A DNA stretch of 63,437 bases, filler included, from Sanchytrium tribonematis (lineage: Eukaryota): the NCBI GenBank assembly GCA_018985235.1. It is 13 parts of 13 records of this genome, joined end to end, with 100 filler letters (N's around TTAATTAATTAA, not from the genome) between each part and the next. Parts side by side here need not be neighbours in the genome. Positions count along the whole stretch, not along the records: positions 1 to 3,391 come from JADGIG010000868.1; positions 3,492 to 6,874 come from JADGIG010000869.1; positions 6,975 to 10,356 come from JADGIG010000870.1; 10 more parts are not named here. One strand, written 5' to 3'. The notes below the pieces were generated by a model, which was not told where the DNA came from, did not search any database, and was given only the letters and a program-made list of their open reading frames with translations. The translations under genes were made by a program, and so were the position numbers. Positions 1-10,456 of the stretch are shown in pieces; position 1 is the stretch's first letter; the number at the start of each line of letters is the position of its first letter.

Positions 1-15
1 TAAATGATTTCAAAA

Positions 16-792
16 TTAAGGGTATTCGCAATTTTGATTCACTAACGAATTAACTTTTTCAACAATTTTGTTAATTTTTGCGGCATTCACATTAAAGTCT
101 TTGTAAGAAGAATCTTCAAAGTAGACTCTGTGGACTGGCAAAACCAATCTTGAAGTGGAAGATATCATGGCAAAGTCCCATTGATAAATTTGTGTTATTT
201 GAGGGAATTGGTATTCCACTGTAAAATTTTCGCATACAAGCTTTTGCACGGTACCAGGTAATATAACTTCTAATGGAGCAGTTTGTATTCCTTGATTAAT
301 TCCGACAAAGAAATTCGAGGAAAGTCCTTCATAACAATTTCCATTCATCACTAAAATGACTTCGTTAATTTCTTCACTTAGGTGTGACTCCATGACTTTT
401 CTTTGATTAACCCACTCCACGCTTTTCACATTTGGATTATCCCGATGGCCCTCGATCAGCTTAACTGCGACTGATTTTGGCGGTGCAATAACATTACTGA
501 AACTTGCTATTATTTCGGAATGACTCAATATAATTGTGATTCGATCGAAAATGGAAATGTTATCTCTAATTATATCTCTAAGTATTGCAAGTTCACTATC
601 TTTTAAGTCAAGACCCAAAGACTTGGATCCATTTTTCAACCTTTCAATGTGCTCACTGAATTTAAAAATTTTTTGGCCAAAAACTCTACAGGTAGTATAC
701 ACTCCATCTTGATTTCGCTCGAGTATATCAGATAAATTGTACGTATGCAAAGATGAGATTTTTTTCAATTCTCTTAGATATTTAACAAGCAT
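16..792 (-). CDS. Class IV PLP-dependent aminotransferase-like protein (D-amino-acid aminotransferase/ADC lyase fold)
   Basis: Motifs GVYTTCR, HIERL, RDNPNVK, EGLSSNFF, ILPGTV. Start placed at ATG 792 (MLVKYL) rather than 1002 because a CCC motif precedes it and a divergent gene occupies 821-1021. Confidence 0.75.
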   Translation of the reverse strand: MLVKYLRELKKISSLHTYNLSDILERNQDGVYTTCRVFGQKIFKFSEHIERLKNGSKSLGLDLKDSELAILRDIIRDNISIFDRITIILSHSEIIASFSNVIAPPKSVAVKLIEGHRDNPNVKSVEWVNQRKVMESHLSEEINEVILVMNGNCYEGLSSNFFVGINQGIQTAPLEVILPGTVQKLVCENFTVEYQFPQITQIYQWDFAMISSTSRLVLPVHRVYFEDSSYKDFNVNAAKINKIVEKVNSLVNQNCEYP

Positions 793-820
793 ATCAAAAA
801 TGGGAGAAATTTGTCGCACA
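793..820. promoter_or_regulatory. Putative 28-bp bidirectional promoter containing a single GGG/CCC element
   Basis: Lies between divergent ATGs at 792(-) and 821(+); contains TGGGAG. Confidence 0.4.
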
Positions 821-1021
821 ATGATTTTACAAACAATGAAGTCCTTCAATGCTGCTTGTCGTCGTTTGAACTTGAAAAGTAAATGGCACGAGAATATGAG
901 ATTTACAAAGCCCCATACAAAACGAAGAAATTCCGAGAGGCAAAATCGTGAAAATATATTTAAAGAGCAATATCGAGTTCGTATGGACGTTCTAGGTCGC
1001 ATTCAGGATCTGTATAAATAA
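821..1021 (+). CDS. Mitochondrial ribosomal protein bS21m-like
   Basis: Small basic protein with SFNAACRRL...RFTKPHTKRR, resembling the S21 pattern A.RRL...F.KP..KRR. Alternative start at 800. Confidence 0.5.
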   Translation: MILQTMKSFNAACRRLNLKSKWHENMRFTKPHTKRRNSERQNRENIFKEQYRVRMDVLGRIQDLYK

Positions 1022-1096
1022 ATTTTATTAATTGCAGAGCTTATTTTTTCCTTGATGCTTTGTAGAAACCTTTTGGCAGGAGTAAAACGTAAACGA

Positions 1097-2311
1097 ATGC
1101 CACCAAAAAAGAAAGGTTCGAGTGAAGAGAAACTGCTATTTGGAAGACCAAGCAATAATTTGAAAATTGGAATAGTAGGGCTTCCCAATGTTGGAAAATC
1201 GACTTTTTTCAATTGTATAACCAACTCAAGCATCCCCGCTGAAAATTATCCATTTTGTACAATTGATCCATCTGAAGGGCGAGTGAGTGTTCCGGACGAG
1301 AGATTCGACTGGCTTTGTACGCATCACAAACCAGGCTCGACTGTAAGAGCATATCTGACAGTCATTGATATAGCTGGTCTGGTTAAAGGGGCAGCTGAAG
1401 GAGCAGGTCTTGGTAATAATTTCTTGGCCAATATCAAAGCAGTAGACGGTATCTTTCATATGGTGAGATGTTTCGATGATGACGAAGTCGTTCATGTAGA
1501 AGGAGAAGTCAATCCTACTTTGGATTTGGACGCAATCAGAGAAGAACTGAGAAAAAAAGATATTGATTTTTTGGAAAAGCAGTCTGACGGAATAAAAAAA
1601 ACTGTTTTGCGATTGGGTGGCAACACTAGTTCTCCAGAACATAAGTTGAAAAAGGAAGAGTACGACTGTATGATTAAAGCTCTTGAGGTACTCAAGGACC
1701 AGAAAAAAGATATACGTCACGGAGATTGGACAAATCGAGAAATAGAAGTTTTAAATGGGCTGTATTTGTTAACTGCTAAGCCTGTCATATTTTTGTGTAA
1801 TTTAAGCGAGAAAGATTACGTTCGTAAAAAGAATAAGTACTTATTGAAAGTGAAGCAATGGATCGATTCCAATTCTCCAGGTGATCAGTTAATTCCTTTT
1901 TCTGCAGCTTTGGAGAGCCATCTGTCTGGAATGGGCACGGACCAGGAGAGGGACGATTACCTGAAGACCTTAGGTGAAGGAGTCACGAGTGCACTTCCAA
2001 AAATTACATTGGCTGGTTATTCAAATTTGAATTTGATTCATTTCTTTACAAGTGGTCCAACCGAAGTTAGAGCCTGGACAATAAGAAAAGGAAGCAAAGC
2101 TCCACAAGCTGCGGGTGTTATTCACACAGATTTTGAAAAAGGGTTTATTATGGCAGAAGTCATGAAATTTGAGGATCTCAAAGAATTAGGAAGTGAAACT
2201 GCAGTTAAGGGAAATGGGAAGTATTATCAAAGAGGTAGAGACTACGTTGTTGAGGATGGCGATGTTATATTTTTCAAATTTAATGTTACAAACCCAGGCA
2301 AAAAGAAATAA
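1097..2311 (+). CDS. OLA1: Obg-like ATPase OLA1/YchF
   Basis: MPPKK start, [40 protein letters not shown] domain [19 protein letters not shown]. Confidence 0.97.
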   Translation: MPPKKKGSSEEKLLFGRPSNNLKIGIVGLPNVGKSTFFNCITNSSIPAENYPFCTIDPSEGRVSVPDERFDWLCTHHKPGSTVRAYLTVIDIAGLVKGAAEGAGLGNNFLANIKAVDGIFHMVRCFDDDEVVHVEGEVNPTLDLDAIREELRKKDIDFLEKQSDGIKKTVLRLGGNTSSPEHKLKKEEYDCMIKALEVLKDQKKDIRHGDWTNREIEVLNGLYLLTAKPVIFLCNLSEKDYVRKKNKYLLKVKQWIDSNSPGDQLIPFSAALESHLSGMGTDQERDDYLKTLGEGVTSALPKITLAGYSNLNLIHFFTSGPTEVRAWTIRKGSKAPQAAGVIHTDFEKGFIMAEVMKFEDLKELGSETAVKGNGKYYQRGRDYVVEDGDVIFFKFNVTNPGKKK

Positions 2312-2370
2312 ATGAATAAAATTTGCTATACTTGAAAAAGGGGAGATCTTGGAAACACATAAATCCAATA

Positions 2371-2886
2371 ATGTACTTTTTGAAGGAATTAACCCATTCT
2401 TTAAAACTTCACCCTGCATTTTTTACCGCAAATCTTAAAGAGCATTTGAAAAAAAGACTTCTTGCTGAAATAGAAGGAAGTTGTTCGGGCCGTTTTGGTT
2501 ATATTGTATGCGTTTTGAAAATTACAAATATTGACAAAGGAGTTATTAATTTAGAAGGATATGCCGAATACCACATAAAGTATCTTTGTATTGTATTTAA
2601 ACCGTTCAAGGGAGAGGTCGTAGAGGGAATTGTCAGTTCCGTCAACAAAATGGGATTCTTCTGCGATGTTGGGCCTTTGAATGTCTTTATATCCACTCAT
2701 CTTATAGACAACACTTTTGAGTTTGACCCAAATGGAAATCCACCTTGTTTTGTCGATTCTAGACGAGAAACAAAGATTCAGAAAGGTACTACTATGCGAA
2801 TAAAGCTGGTGGGAATTAAAGCAGATGCTACTCAAATATTTGCAATCGGATCCATAAAGGAAGATTATCTTGGAATTGTAGGATAA
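2371..2886 (+). CDS. RPB7: RNA polymerase II subunit RPB7
   Basis: LHPAFF, EGSCSGRFGY, FKPFKGEVV, VNKMGFF, FAIGSIKEDYLG; start at MYFLKEL. Confidence 0.95.
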   Translation: MYFLKELTHSLKLHPAFFTANLKEHLKKRLLAEIEGSCSGRFGYIVCVLKITNIDKGVINLEGYAEYHIKYLCIVFKPFKGEVVEGIVSSVNKMGFFCDVGPLNVFISTHLIDNTFEFDPNGNPPCFVDSRRETKIQKGTTMRIKLVGIKADATQIFAIGSIKEDYLGIVG

Positions 2887-2895
2887 GCAGTAAAT

Positions 2896-3391
2896 TTATT
2901 TTTTCCCGAATACCCTTTTTGAATTGGGTACATTTGAAACATTCGTACTTGTGCTGTTGGTTGTTGGAGGTGACTTGGGTGGAGACCTAGCATTAAGCAA
3001 TGCCTCTTCCTCTGAAAATGGCAAATAGCCATTACCGGTTATACCGTTGTCTCTGCAATACCTTTCCAAGCTAACTATGTTATCTCGCAACACCATTTTT
3101 CCTTCTTCAATATCTAGCTCAGGTTCATATTGAAACAAAGCCATTATTTTGTCATACACTTTAAACAAGTTGAGTAAAACTAAAACAATTAATAGCAGAT
3201 TAATCCACTTATTGATTGAAGAAATAACGGAATCTCGGCCCATTATCTTAACAAAATCACTGCGTTCGTATTTCTCGGCATCTGTACAACCAGAATCAGA
3301 GCAAGTTGTCAGTGAAAATTCCACAAAATTATAAGCGATAGGGAACACAACACGAGTAGTGTAAACGGTACTGAAAAGTAACGCATACGAA
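2896..3391 (-). CDS. LMBR1-family membrane protein (LMBRD2-like), 3' fragment; 5' end cut by the contig edge
   Basis: FPIAYNF...FVKIMG...TM helix...LFKVYDKI...EEGK pattern typical of the LMBRD2 C-terminus. Confidence 0.6.
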
Positions 3392-3491
3392 NNNNNNNNN
3401 NNNNNNNNNNNNNNNNNNNNNNNNNNNNNNNNNNNTTAATTAATTAANNNNNNNNNNNNNNNNNNNNNNNNNNNNNNNNNNNNNNNNNNNN
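3392..3491. other. Artificial contig spacer
   Basis: N-run, TTAATTAATTAA, N-run; 100 nt; stops in all six frames. Confidence 0.99.
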
Positions 3492-3492
3492 G

Positions 3493-3834
3493 ATCTTAGA
3501 TCTAGTCGCCTTAGAATCCATTGATTATTTAGTTTATTTCACAAGTGCCGTGATTATTGACTCAAGACATAAAATAATTAGTTTTGGCGGCGAGCAAGAG
3601 ATTTTAAAGGAGCTCTCTGCTTTGAGGCACTTAGGAGAGGTTAATTTTAAGCACTGCTTAAAGCTGTGCCAAATTTCAAAAAATCTTAAATCCAAATATC
3701 CTTATGAAAAGCTGCGAAAGTATAACGAAAAAGATTTAGAAAAACTTGAAAAGTCTCAATTACCATACTACATTCTCGGGATCTTAATTCTGATAGTTTC
3801 TATACTGATGGTGTCATTTAATTTTTTAGAATAA
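3493..3834 (+). CDS. Hypothetical protein, 3' fragment with C-terminal TM helix
   Basis: Frame open from the contig start; hydrophobic tail YYILGILILIVSILMV; stop lies within AATAAA. Confidence 0.55.
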   Translation: MLDLVALESIDYLVYFTSAVIIDSRHKIISFGGEQEILKELSALRHLGEVNFKHCLKLCQISKNLKSKYPYEKLRKYNEKDLEKLEKSQLPYYILGILILIVSILMVSFNFLE

Positions 3835-3854
3835 ATACTCCGGGTTTTACTGTC

Positions 3855-4724
3855 ATGGAGCAAATTCTTAGATCTTTTCAAACTGCACTGGTACCATTAA
3901 TAGTCGTATCGGTTTACTCAATTTATTATTTTGTAAATAATTATTACTCAAGAAAAAGAATCGAGGGCATTTATAGAAGTATATATGGCCAGCTGAGTGA
4001 AAATTTTGATACTGTTTCCATGTGGCAAGAGAATGGTCCCAGTGAATATTTTATCGAGTGCAATTCTTCCAAGCTTTTACAAGGTGTGGTTATCAAATAC
4101 AATACAAATTACCCTGACTTGTTTAGTCTATTAACAAAACAGAGAGCTATTTCATTTTATGCTTTTTTGAGTAGAAAAGTTCCAACTTCATTTGCACTTT
4201 CAAAAAAGCCGCTTAAGCGTGATGATCTTATTTTCTGTAAGTCGTCAACTTTGGGCGATTGGAGTCTTCAAGTAGAATCCCGTCAACTTTTTGACCAATT
4301 GTCTAAGAATTATGTTGATTTTTTTAATATCATTAAAAAAAATCTTGTTAGTTTCGTAGTTAGTGACCTATCAAAGAATGCCTCTGAAGTTTCTGTGGCA
4401 GAAATCCCGCTAACCGTGGAGCTAATTGTTTTGGATGATCCTGAATTAAATTTGAATCTGGTCTTCAAAAAATTTATAGATTTTTCTAACGAGTTTGCCA
4501 AGACTCAAATTTCTGGCGAGGTCTTGAAAAAAGGAGAGAAGTCTAGGCAAGAGTTAAAGAAATCAGCGACTAATACCAAGAAAGTAGAAACAATAACCCC
4601 AAAGTTGAAAGGTAAAAAAGAGCAAGATGATAGAGTGAGATTAATGGGCTCTACCTCTTCAGCATTTGTAGGAGCAGCACCAGGAAAGAAAAAGAAATCA
4701 AACAAGTTTAAAGTAGTAAAATAA
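3855..4724 (+). CDS. CCDC47/PAT-complex-like ER membrane protein (DUF1682)
   Basis: N-terminal TM followed by N...RI....QLSENF..V, ENGPSEY; basic coiled C-terminus ending KKKKSNKFKVVK. Confidence 0.55.
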   Translation: MEQILRSFQTALVPLIVVSVYSIYYFVNNYYSRKRIEGIYRSIYGQLSENFDTVSMWQENGPSEYFIECNSSKLLQGVVIKYNTNYPDLFSLLTKQRAISFYAFLSRKVPTSFALSKKPLKRDDLIFCKSSTLGDWSLQVESRQLFDQLSKNYVDFFNIIKKNLVSFVVSDLSKNASEVSVAEIPLTVELIVLDDPELNLNLVFKKFIDFSNEFAKTQISGEVLKKGEKSRQELKKSATNTKKVETITPKLKGKKEQDDRVRLMGSTSSAFVGAAPGKKKKSNKFKVVK

Positions 4725-4734
4725 GATTGTAACT

Positions 4735-5910
4735 TTAATTTTTCACCAGCAACAAATTTAACAGTCTATTTTGTTGATCCATAAGATATGAATTTTCATC
4801 CAGAAAATTCAACTGTTCATATATTGATTTATAAAGCTCAAGCTGCTTGTTTTTAATGGACATATCAGGGTGGTATTCCTCAATTGTGGTAAATTTTAAA
4901 GACGATGAAGTGGAAGAATCTGAGCTATTGCTGATTATTTCAGATTCATCCACATGTTGAGCTTCGTTTTTAGACCCATTTACTTCTTTTTTAATTCTTT
5001 TCCTAGAACTTTCAAGATTGCTGACTAAAACCGCAACAAATACATTTAAAATTACAAAATTTTCAATAAATACAAATAGGGACAAAAAGTAACCAATAGA
5101 TGGTGCTTTTTCTTCGTTATTTTGCCACAAATCTGTCCATTGGTCCAACGAAATACATGCAAAGAGGGAGAAAATACAATCGGGAATTGTACCGAAATTA
5201 TCTGGATCCACATCCCCATACAATGTTTTTGCAACTACAGCAAAAACTATTAACACAAGCAAGGCAAGCTCAACAATACTAGATAATGCAGGAATCGACT
5301 TCAGCAGGGTAGCAACTATGATCTGCAAACTTTTCAGAAAAGATATTGTTCGTAGTACTCTCAAAGCCCGTATGGCGCGCAGAACTTTAAATACTTTAAA
5401 GGCTGTCAAAACTTTTAAATTTCCTTTGGCTGAAGTTGCAGACTCGGCAAACATTGGAACAACCACTGAAACTACACTTAAAATTACTATTACAAAGTCA
5501 AACACATTCCAACCATTTCGGAAATATTGTAAGTGGAACACTAAAATTTTAACACACAATTCCGTTAAGTAAAGTCCTAAGCAAATACTATCGAAAATAC
5601 TTAAATAATAGCGATAATCATTAGCGAAAGGCTTTGAGGATTGCAAAATCATATTCAAAGTATTGACCAATACTACAAACAACATAAAATTGTTAAATTT
5701 ATGTCCACCTACAATACTATACAACATAATTCTAAATTTTGAATCTGACAATCCAGTGACCCCAGATAATTTTGCTCTTTCAAATATGTTTATATTAGAA
5801 TTGCTTGTGAAAATTGAGACAGGATGTGCAGATTTTGGAGTGTCAGATCCAGATGCAAAACTAACAGCCTGAGATTGTCTTTGAGAAATATCGATAAATT
5901 CAGAGCTCAT
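4735..5910 (-). CDS. Single-domain voltage-gated cation channel, CatSper alpha-subunit-like
   Basis: Six TM segments, YFRNGWNVFDF, S4 KVFKVLRAIRALRVLR, pore SLDQW (CatSper TxDxW type), S6 ILNVFVAVLVSN. Confidence 0.75.
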   Translation of the reverse strand: MSSEFIDISQRQSQAVSFASGSDTPKSAHPVSIFTSNSNINIFERAKLSGVTGLSDSKFRIMLYSIVGGHKFNNFMLFVVLVNTLNMILQSSKPFANDYRYYLSIFDSICLGLYLTELCVKILVFHLQYFRNGWNVFDFVIVILSVVSVVVPMFAESATSAKGNLKVLTAFKVFKVLRAIRALRVLRTISFLKSLQIIVATLLKSIPALSSIVELALLVLIVFAVVAKTLYGDVDPDNFGTIPDCIFSLFACISLDQWTDLWQNNEEKAPSIGYFLSLFVFIENFVILNVFVAVLVSNLESSRKRIKKEVNGSKNEAQHVDESEIISNSSDSSTSSSLKFTTIEEYHPDMSIKNKQLELYKSIYEQLNFLDENSYLMDQQNRLLNLLLVKN

Positions 5911-6041
5911 GGTTTCACAACCTCATAACACTTACATTAAATTATTATGAAAACTGGAAAAGAGAGTGTTGGCAAATATTAAAGATAAGAGGAATGTAGC
6001 CTCGAAACTAAATTCGTTTTGACACTAACCCCTACTCTAAC

Positions 6042-6874
6042 ATGGCAAGAGATCGCTCGAATCAATTTCAACAGAGCCGCCCTATGTCCACACTTCCATC
6101 CCAAAATACACTGAATAATGAAGAGGAGTTGAATGAGGTGTATGCGATTGTCGAAGAGGTGACGCATGCGATTGACAAATTATTTGAATTTTTACCGTCT
6201 CTTGAACGGGTACATAAGCGTGCGCTGGATGCAGATGCGCAATCGAAGTCGCACAGGGAACTTGAGAAGCGGAGCAATAGTGCGCAGAAGCAAATAGCCA
6301 AGGTGAGGGGAGATATTAGTGAGTTGGACCAATACGTGAGAGAATTCAGTGGGAATCCAGGCCATCAGAGAATTGTCAAGACACAGCAACAGAAGCTGAG
6401 GCAGAAGTTTCTTGAGTTCATATCGCAATATCAGGACATGGAATTTGAGTATAGAGAGAAGTACAAGAAAAGAGTCGAGAGACAACTTAAAATTGTGCAT
6501 CCGAAAGCATCCGAGGCGGAGATTGCGGACATGGTTGAGAACCAAGAGAGCGACCAGCTTTTTGGAAAGCAAGTCTTACAGTCTCGTCGCTACGGTGAGA
6601 CAAAGGCTGCTTTGGATGAAGTTGAAATGAGACACCAAGATTTGATGAAGATTGAAAAGACGGTGATTGAGCTGCATCAACTTTTTACTGAAATGACCCA
6701 ACTTATACAACAACAGGGCGAAGTCTTGGATGACATAGAGACTCATGTTGCAAATACTGTAACGTATACGGAACAGGCTAATCAAGAAATAGACAAGGCG
6801 ATTGAACACAGGCGGAGCACCAGAAAAAAGCTTTGGTGTTGCTGTTTCTTGGGTATAATATTGATAATCGTGAT
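6042..6874 (+). CDS. Plasma-membrane syntaxin (Sso1/Sso2-like Qa-SNARE), 3' truncated within the TM anchor
   Basis: MARDR start, Habc helices, RQLKIVHP, SNARE motif RHQDLMKIEKTVIELHQLF...QQGEVLDDIE, RKK followed by TM. Confidence 0.92.
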
Positions 6875-6974
6875 NNNNNNNNNNNNNNNNNNNNNNNNNN
6901 NNNNNNNNNNNNNNNNNNTTAATTAATTAANNNNNNNNNNNNNNNNNNNNNNNNNNNNNNNNNNNNNNNNNNNN
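6875..6974. other. Artificial contig spacer
   Basis: N-TTAATTAATTAA-N. Confidence 0.99.
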
Positions 6975-7331
6975 GCACGGGACAGACAAACCAGTCCATT
7001 ACATCCATTTATATTGAGTGGATTGGTGTATGGATATTGTTTATTACCAGAGAGTTTATTAACTATTTTAGCAATGGGACAAATTCCATTATCTGTTTTA
7101 GCCAAAATCCCACAAATTATTAGCAATTATCAAATGAAATCTGCTGTATCTGTGAGTTTATTGACTAGTTTATGCTATTTAATGGGAAGTACTGCTAGAG
7201 TATTTACTAGTTTTAATCAAGTTGGGGATTATTTGGTGATTGCTACATTTATGGTGACTAGTTTATTAAATTTGATATTGGTGATTCAAATTGTATTTTA
7301 CAAGGATAATAAAGTGAAAAAGAAACAATAA
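6975..7331 (+). CDS. PQ-loop protein, MPDU1/Lec35-like, 3' fragment
   Basis: AKIPQIISNY, GSTARVFTS, LNLILVIQIVFY, C-terminal di-lysine tail. Confidence 0.8.
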   Translation, partial: ARDRQTSPLHPFILSGLVYGYCLLPESLLTILAMGQIPLSVLAKIPQIISNYQMKSAVSVSLLTSLCYLMGSTARVFTSFNQVGDYLVIATFMVTSLLNLILVIQIVFYKDNKVKKKQ

Positions 7332-7407
7332 ATGCATTCAAATTCAATTTTGCACCTAATTTGTCTGCGATTACAAAAGGCAGCGAAATAAATTTAAGAT
7401 TATTTTA

Positions 7408-7755
7408 TTAAACTTGTAAAATACTCACTAGTTGCCATATCCCTATAGTATTGATGGATGATGCTGCATTATCATAACTCGCAATAGGCTGTGGATGATT
7501 CTGTATTTGTGATATGGATCTACTAGGCATGACTGCACCAGCATTGGATATATTAGAACTATTTGTACTCACAGGTGGCTGACTTGTAGGTGCCGTGGAT
7601 TCTGCTGCATCAGTGGCAGTTATAGATGGATCCGGTGCATCATTATTTGGAGGATTTGATTCTTCTACAACTGGATCTGCTTGTTGATCAGGTGGATGAT
7701 TGCGTGGCTTCTTTGGTTTCTTTGCTAGTATTACCAATAGTAGCAAATAAATCAT
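7408..7755 (-). CDS. Small secreted, possibly GPI-anchored, low-complexity protein
   Basis: Short hydrophobic N-terminus MIYLLLLVILA, P/S/N-rich body, hydrophobic C-terminal tail; CCCC upstream. Confidence 0.6.
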   Translation of the reverse strand: MIYLLLLVILAKKPKKPRNHPPDQQADPVVEESNPPNNDAPDPSITATDAAESTAPTSQPPVSTNSSNISNAGAVMPSRSISQIQNHPQPIASYDNAASSINTIGIWQLVSILQV

Positions 7756-7840
7756 TTTTGAAATAGGGGTAAGAGTGACACGTCATTTTGCAGTCATTTT
7801 TCATCATTTTAGACTGATCTGTGAGTCATAACATCTGCAA

Positions 7841-9038
7841 TCATTTATTAAATCCATCCAACTCAAAAATACGCTGTGTTTCTAAGAATGATTTTACAAT
7901 CTCATCTGTCACTTGACTTCGCTTCTCTTGAAAATCACCAACAATCTGCTGCAATACTTTAATACACATTCCTTTTAATTCGCCGCTAGTAATTTCTCCT
8001 TTTCGATATCCATTTTCAATATTAGCCAATTCTACATCATCTTCTAAAAAGAATGTTAAATATTGATAAGCAGTATCTACATCTGGATTCCCACCATATT
8101 TTCGATGATCTTCTAATGTATCACGGCCACCACTAAACCCATGCTTGTTGATTTTCTTTTTAATTTGATTTGGCGTATCTGTCAAGAAAATGGCTGAATT
8201 TTCATCAGATGAACTCATTTTAGAATGTGGACCTTGTAAAGCAGGAAAGAATTTAGCAAGTAATAAAATGGGTTTAGGTGCTTTTAATTTATGGCACACA
8301 TCTCTTGTTAATCTAAATGAATTAAAATTACCTAAAATAGGGATCTTGATCAATGGCACATGGGATTAAACAGTGGTAATTACGCGTACCAAACATATGT
8401 GGGAATGAACTACTGAGTGCGGGTGCTGCTTGGATGCTCACAAAACTCAATTTGCCAATAGAATCAGAATCATTGAATCCAAAACATCCCTTGGATTGGT
8501 TGGTTGTGATGGATTTATTGATTCTGCAAATGTTTTTATAAAAGGATGGATTCATGTACTCTGAATTGATGAATATAAATGTCTTTTTCAAATCAAATCC
8601 ACATGCAATAATATCTTTTATATTTTCATATGCGAATTTGGTAGTTTGATCTAAATCTAGATTTTTAAAGTAAAATTTCTCATCATCTGTTAGTTGGATG
8701 ACAATTGGGACATTTAAAGTCTTCTGGAGCCATTGGCAGATGATAAATGGGACTAGATGGCCTACATGCATGGAATCTGATGAGGGACCACGACCAGTGT
8801 ATAAATAAAATGGTTTATCTATAATTTGATGTAGATCACGGTGACTAAAGAATACTTGACGGGTGATTAAATGGTGTAATTTGCCGCATTTTGATGTTAA
8901 TTTGGATAATAAATCATCTGTGATGGGTTGAGTGCCAAATTGTTGGATTAATTTGTTGTAATCTATTGCTTGATGTTGTCCATCGACTATGGCACCTTGC
9001 ACTTGCCATGGATCAATTTTTTGTTCATTTTGTGACAT
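7841..9038 (-). CDS. WRS1: Cytoplasmic tryptophanyl-tRNA synthetase; 2 exons (9038-8332, 8312-7841), 392 aa
   Basis: [37 protein letters not shown] joined to LTRD, KMSSSD, FSGG; one 19-nt intron restores the frame. Confidence 0.95.
8313..8331 (-). other. 19-nt spliceosomal intron GTAATTTTAATTCATTTAG
   Basis: Removal joins DQDPYFR to LTRDV, reproducing the conserved TrpRS motif with no residue gained or lost. Confidence 0.92.
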
Positions 9039-9239
9039 GGGGCAAAAATGGCAAATTGTTTGAAAAAATAAAATGGGATCTGTTGGAATCACAAGAATGG
9101 AAACAGGGTTCCTAGACGTCTAAGACAAGACAGGCGCTTAAGATATATCAGACATTGCTATTGAATAGTAGGGCTCATAATAGGGCTGAGAAGTCTTATT
9201 TATGCTATAAAAGGAGAAACAATTCAATAAATTATCAAG

Positions 9240-10126
9240 ATGATTTTCATTAATTCATTAATAGCTGCACCATTACCAACTGGTAGAGAAGGAATTCCAG
9301 ATGCAGAATTCTCACAAATTCGAAAGCAGTCAAGGCTGCCAAAAAATGAAGGCAAAACATTCCAACAGTTAGTGGCGGAACAGACTATTCCAAAAACTTA
9401 TGGGAGAAATTAATTGGATTTGAAAAAGTTTTTCATTCTTCATGGGTAATTGATGGAGTGCCACACCAAACTTTTGGCAAGAAATTAAAAGACAGACAAG
9501 AAGAATTTAAAGAGGCAAAAAAAAAATTAGGTATTCAAGAATATTTAATGACTCAAGCTTCTGATCCAAGCCAGGTTGCAAGCGAAATTGTAACGAAATA
9601 TCATACGTTATCAGCGAAATTGGAAAAAGAATTTAAAAAAGCAAATTTAGATTTGGCCGCATTAAAAGCTAAAGTCAAGAGCTCAAGGGAGCAGCTTAAC
9701 ATAGAGAGTCTTATTGAGGATTTTACAAGTCAAGGTGTCGAAGCTCTTGGATTGAAGGGTTATGAAAAGCCAAAACTAAGTAGCTCTGAAGTAGAAAAGA
9801 TACTGGAACAGCACCAGATTGATGCTGGTACTGCAAATGCGATTAACCAGAAGCTAAAAAATGTTCTTTTAAAAATAGATACAGAAAATCTCGACGCAAG
9901 AACAGAGTTAGACCGCACTCATCAAGATCTATTAGACTTTTTGAATGGTTCCAAAAATTTTAGATATACTCCTGGTGAATATACTGGAACAATAAAAAAT
10001 CCAAGCCGCCAAGATTACAGACGTGTTGTTGATCTTTCGCATCAAAACATCGCAATGACTAATAATCATCCGGTAGCTGAATTGGTACATCAAGCAATTG
10101 GGAAAGTCGTAGCAATTAATAAATAA
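9240..10126 (+). CDS. Putative secreted hypothetical protein, frame-disrupted (possible pseudogene or sequence error)
   Basis: ATG 9240 MIFINSLIAAPLP follows a TATAAAA box; this frame stops near 9413, while a second frame is open 9350-10126. No 19-nt GT-AG intron repairs it. Confidence 0.4.
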
Positions 10127-10173
10127 ACTTTAAGAATCATTTTATTTTCTTTGCAAATGTTCCCCTCTAACAA

Positions 10174-10356
10174 ATGCCATTAAATCTCTCTAAATCCTAT
10201 TACACACTAGGTGATTCCAATTTACGTGTATCCCCAATCTGCTTAGGTACAATGAATCTATCCATCAACAGTCAAACTCAAAATTGGTACAAAGATCAAC
10301 AAACATCTTATGCCATTTTAGATCAATATATTCACAAAGGTGGCAACTTCATTGAT
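10174..10356 (+). CDS. Aldo-keto reductase (aryl-alcohol dehydrogenase-like), 5' fragment
   Basis: YTLGDSNLRVSPICLGTM...ILDQY..KGGNFID. Confidence 0.85.
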
Positions 10357-10456
10357 NNNNNNNNNNNNNNNNNNNNNNNNNNNNNNNNNNNNNNNNNNNN
10401 TTAATTAATTAANNNNNNNNNNNNNNNNNNNNNNNNNNNNNNNNNNNNNNNNNNNN
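10357..10456. other. Artificial contig spacer
   Basis: N-TTAATTAATTAA-N. Confidence 0.99.

Noticed and set aside
793..1002. N-terminal extensions in the ORF track from TTG/GTG or upstream ATG starts (e.g. 1002, 1052, 2323, 9092, 23074, 48356)
   Set aside because: This is a eukaryote; homology begins at downstream ATGs and several extensions overlap neighbouring genes.
1226..1720. Antisense ORFs within conserved genes (also 2499-2835, 6192-6572, 21571-21906, 42323-43522, 59062-59367)
   Set aside because: Shadow ORFs opposite well-supported CDSs, with no recognisable motifs.
8300..8360. Programmed ribosomal frameshift or pseudogene in TrpRS (and GCP3)
   Set aside because: A frameshift would leave about 6 extra residues inside a conserved motif; GT-AG removal gives an exact match and the same consensus recurs five times.
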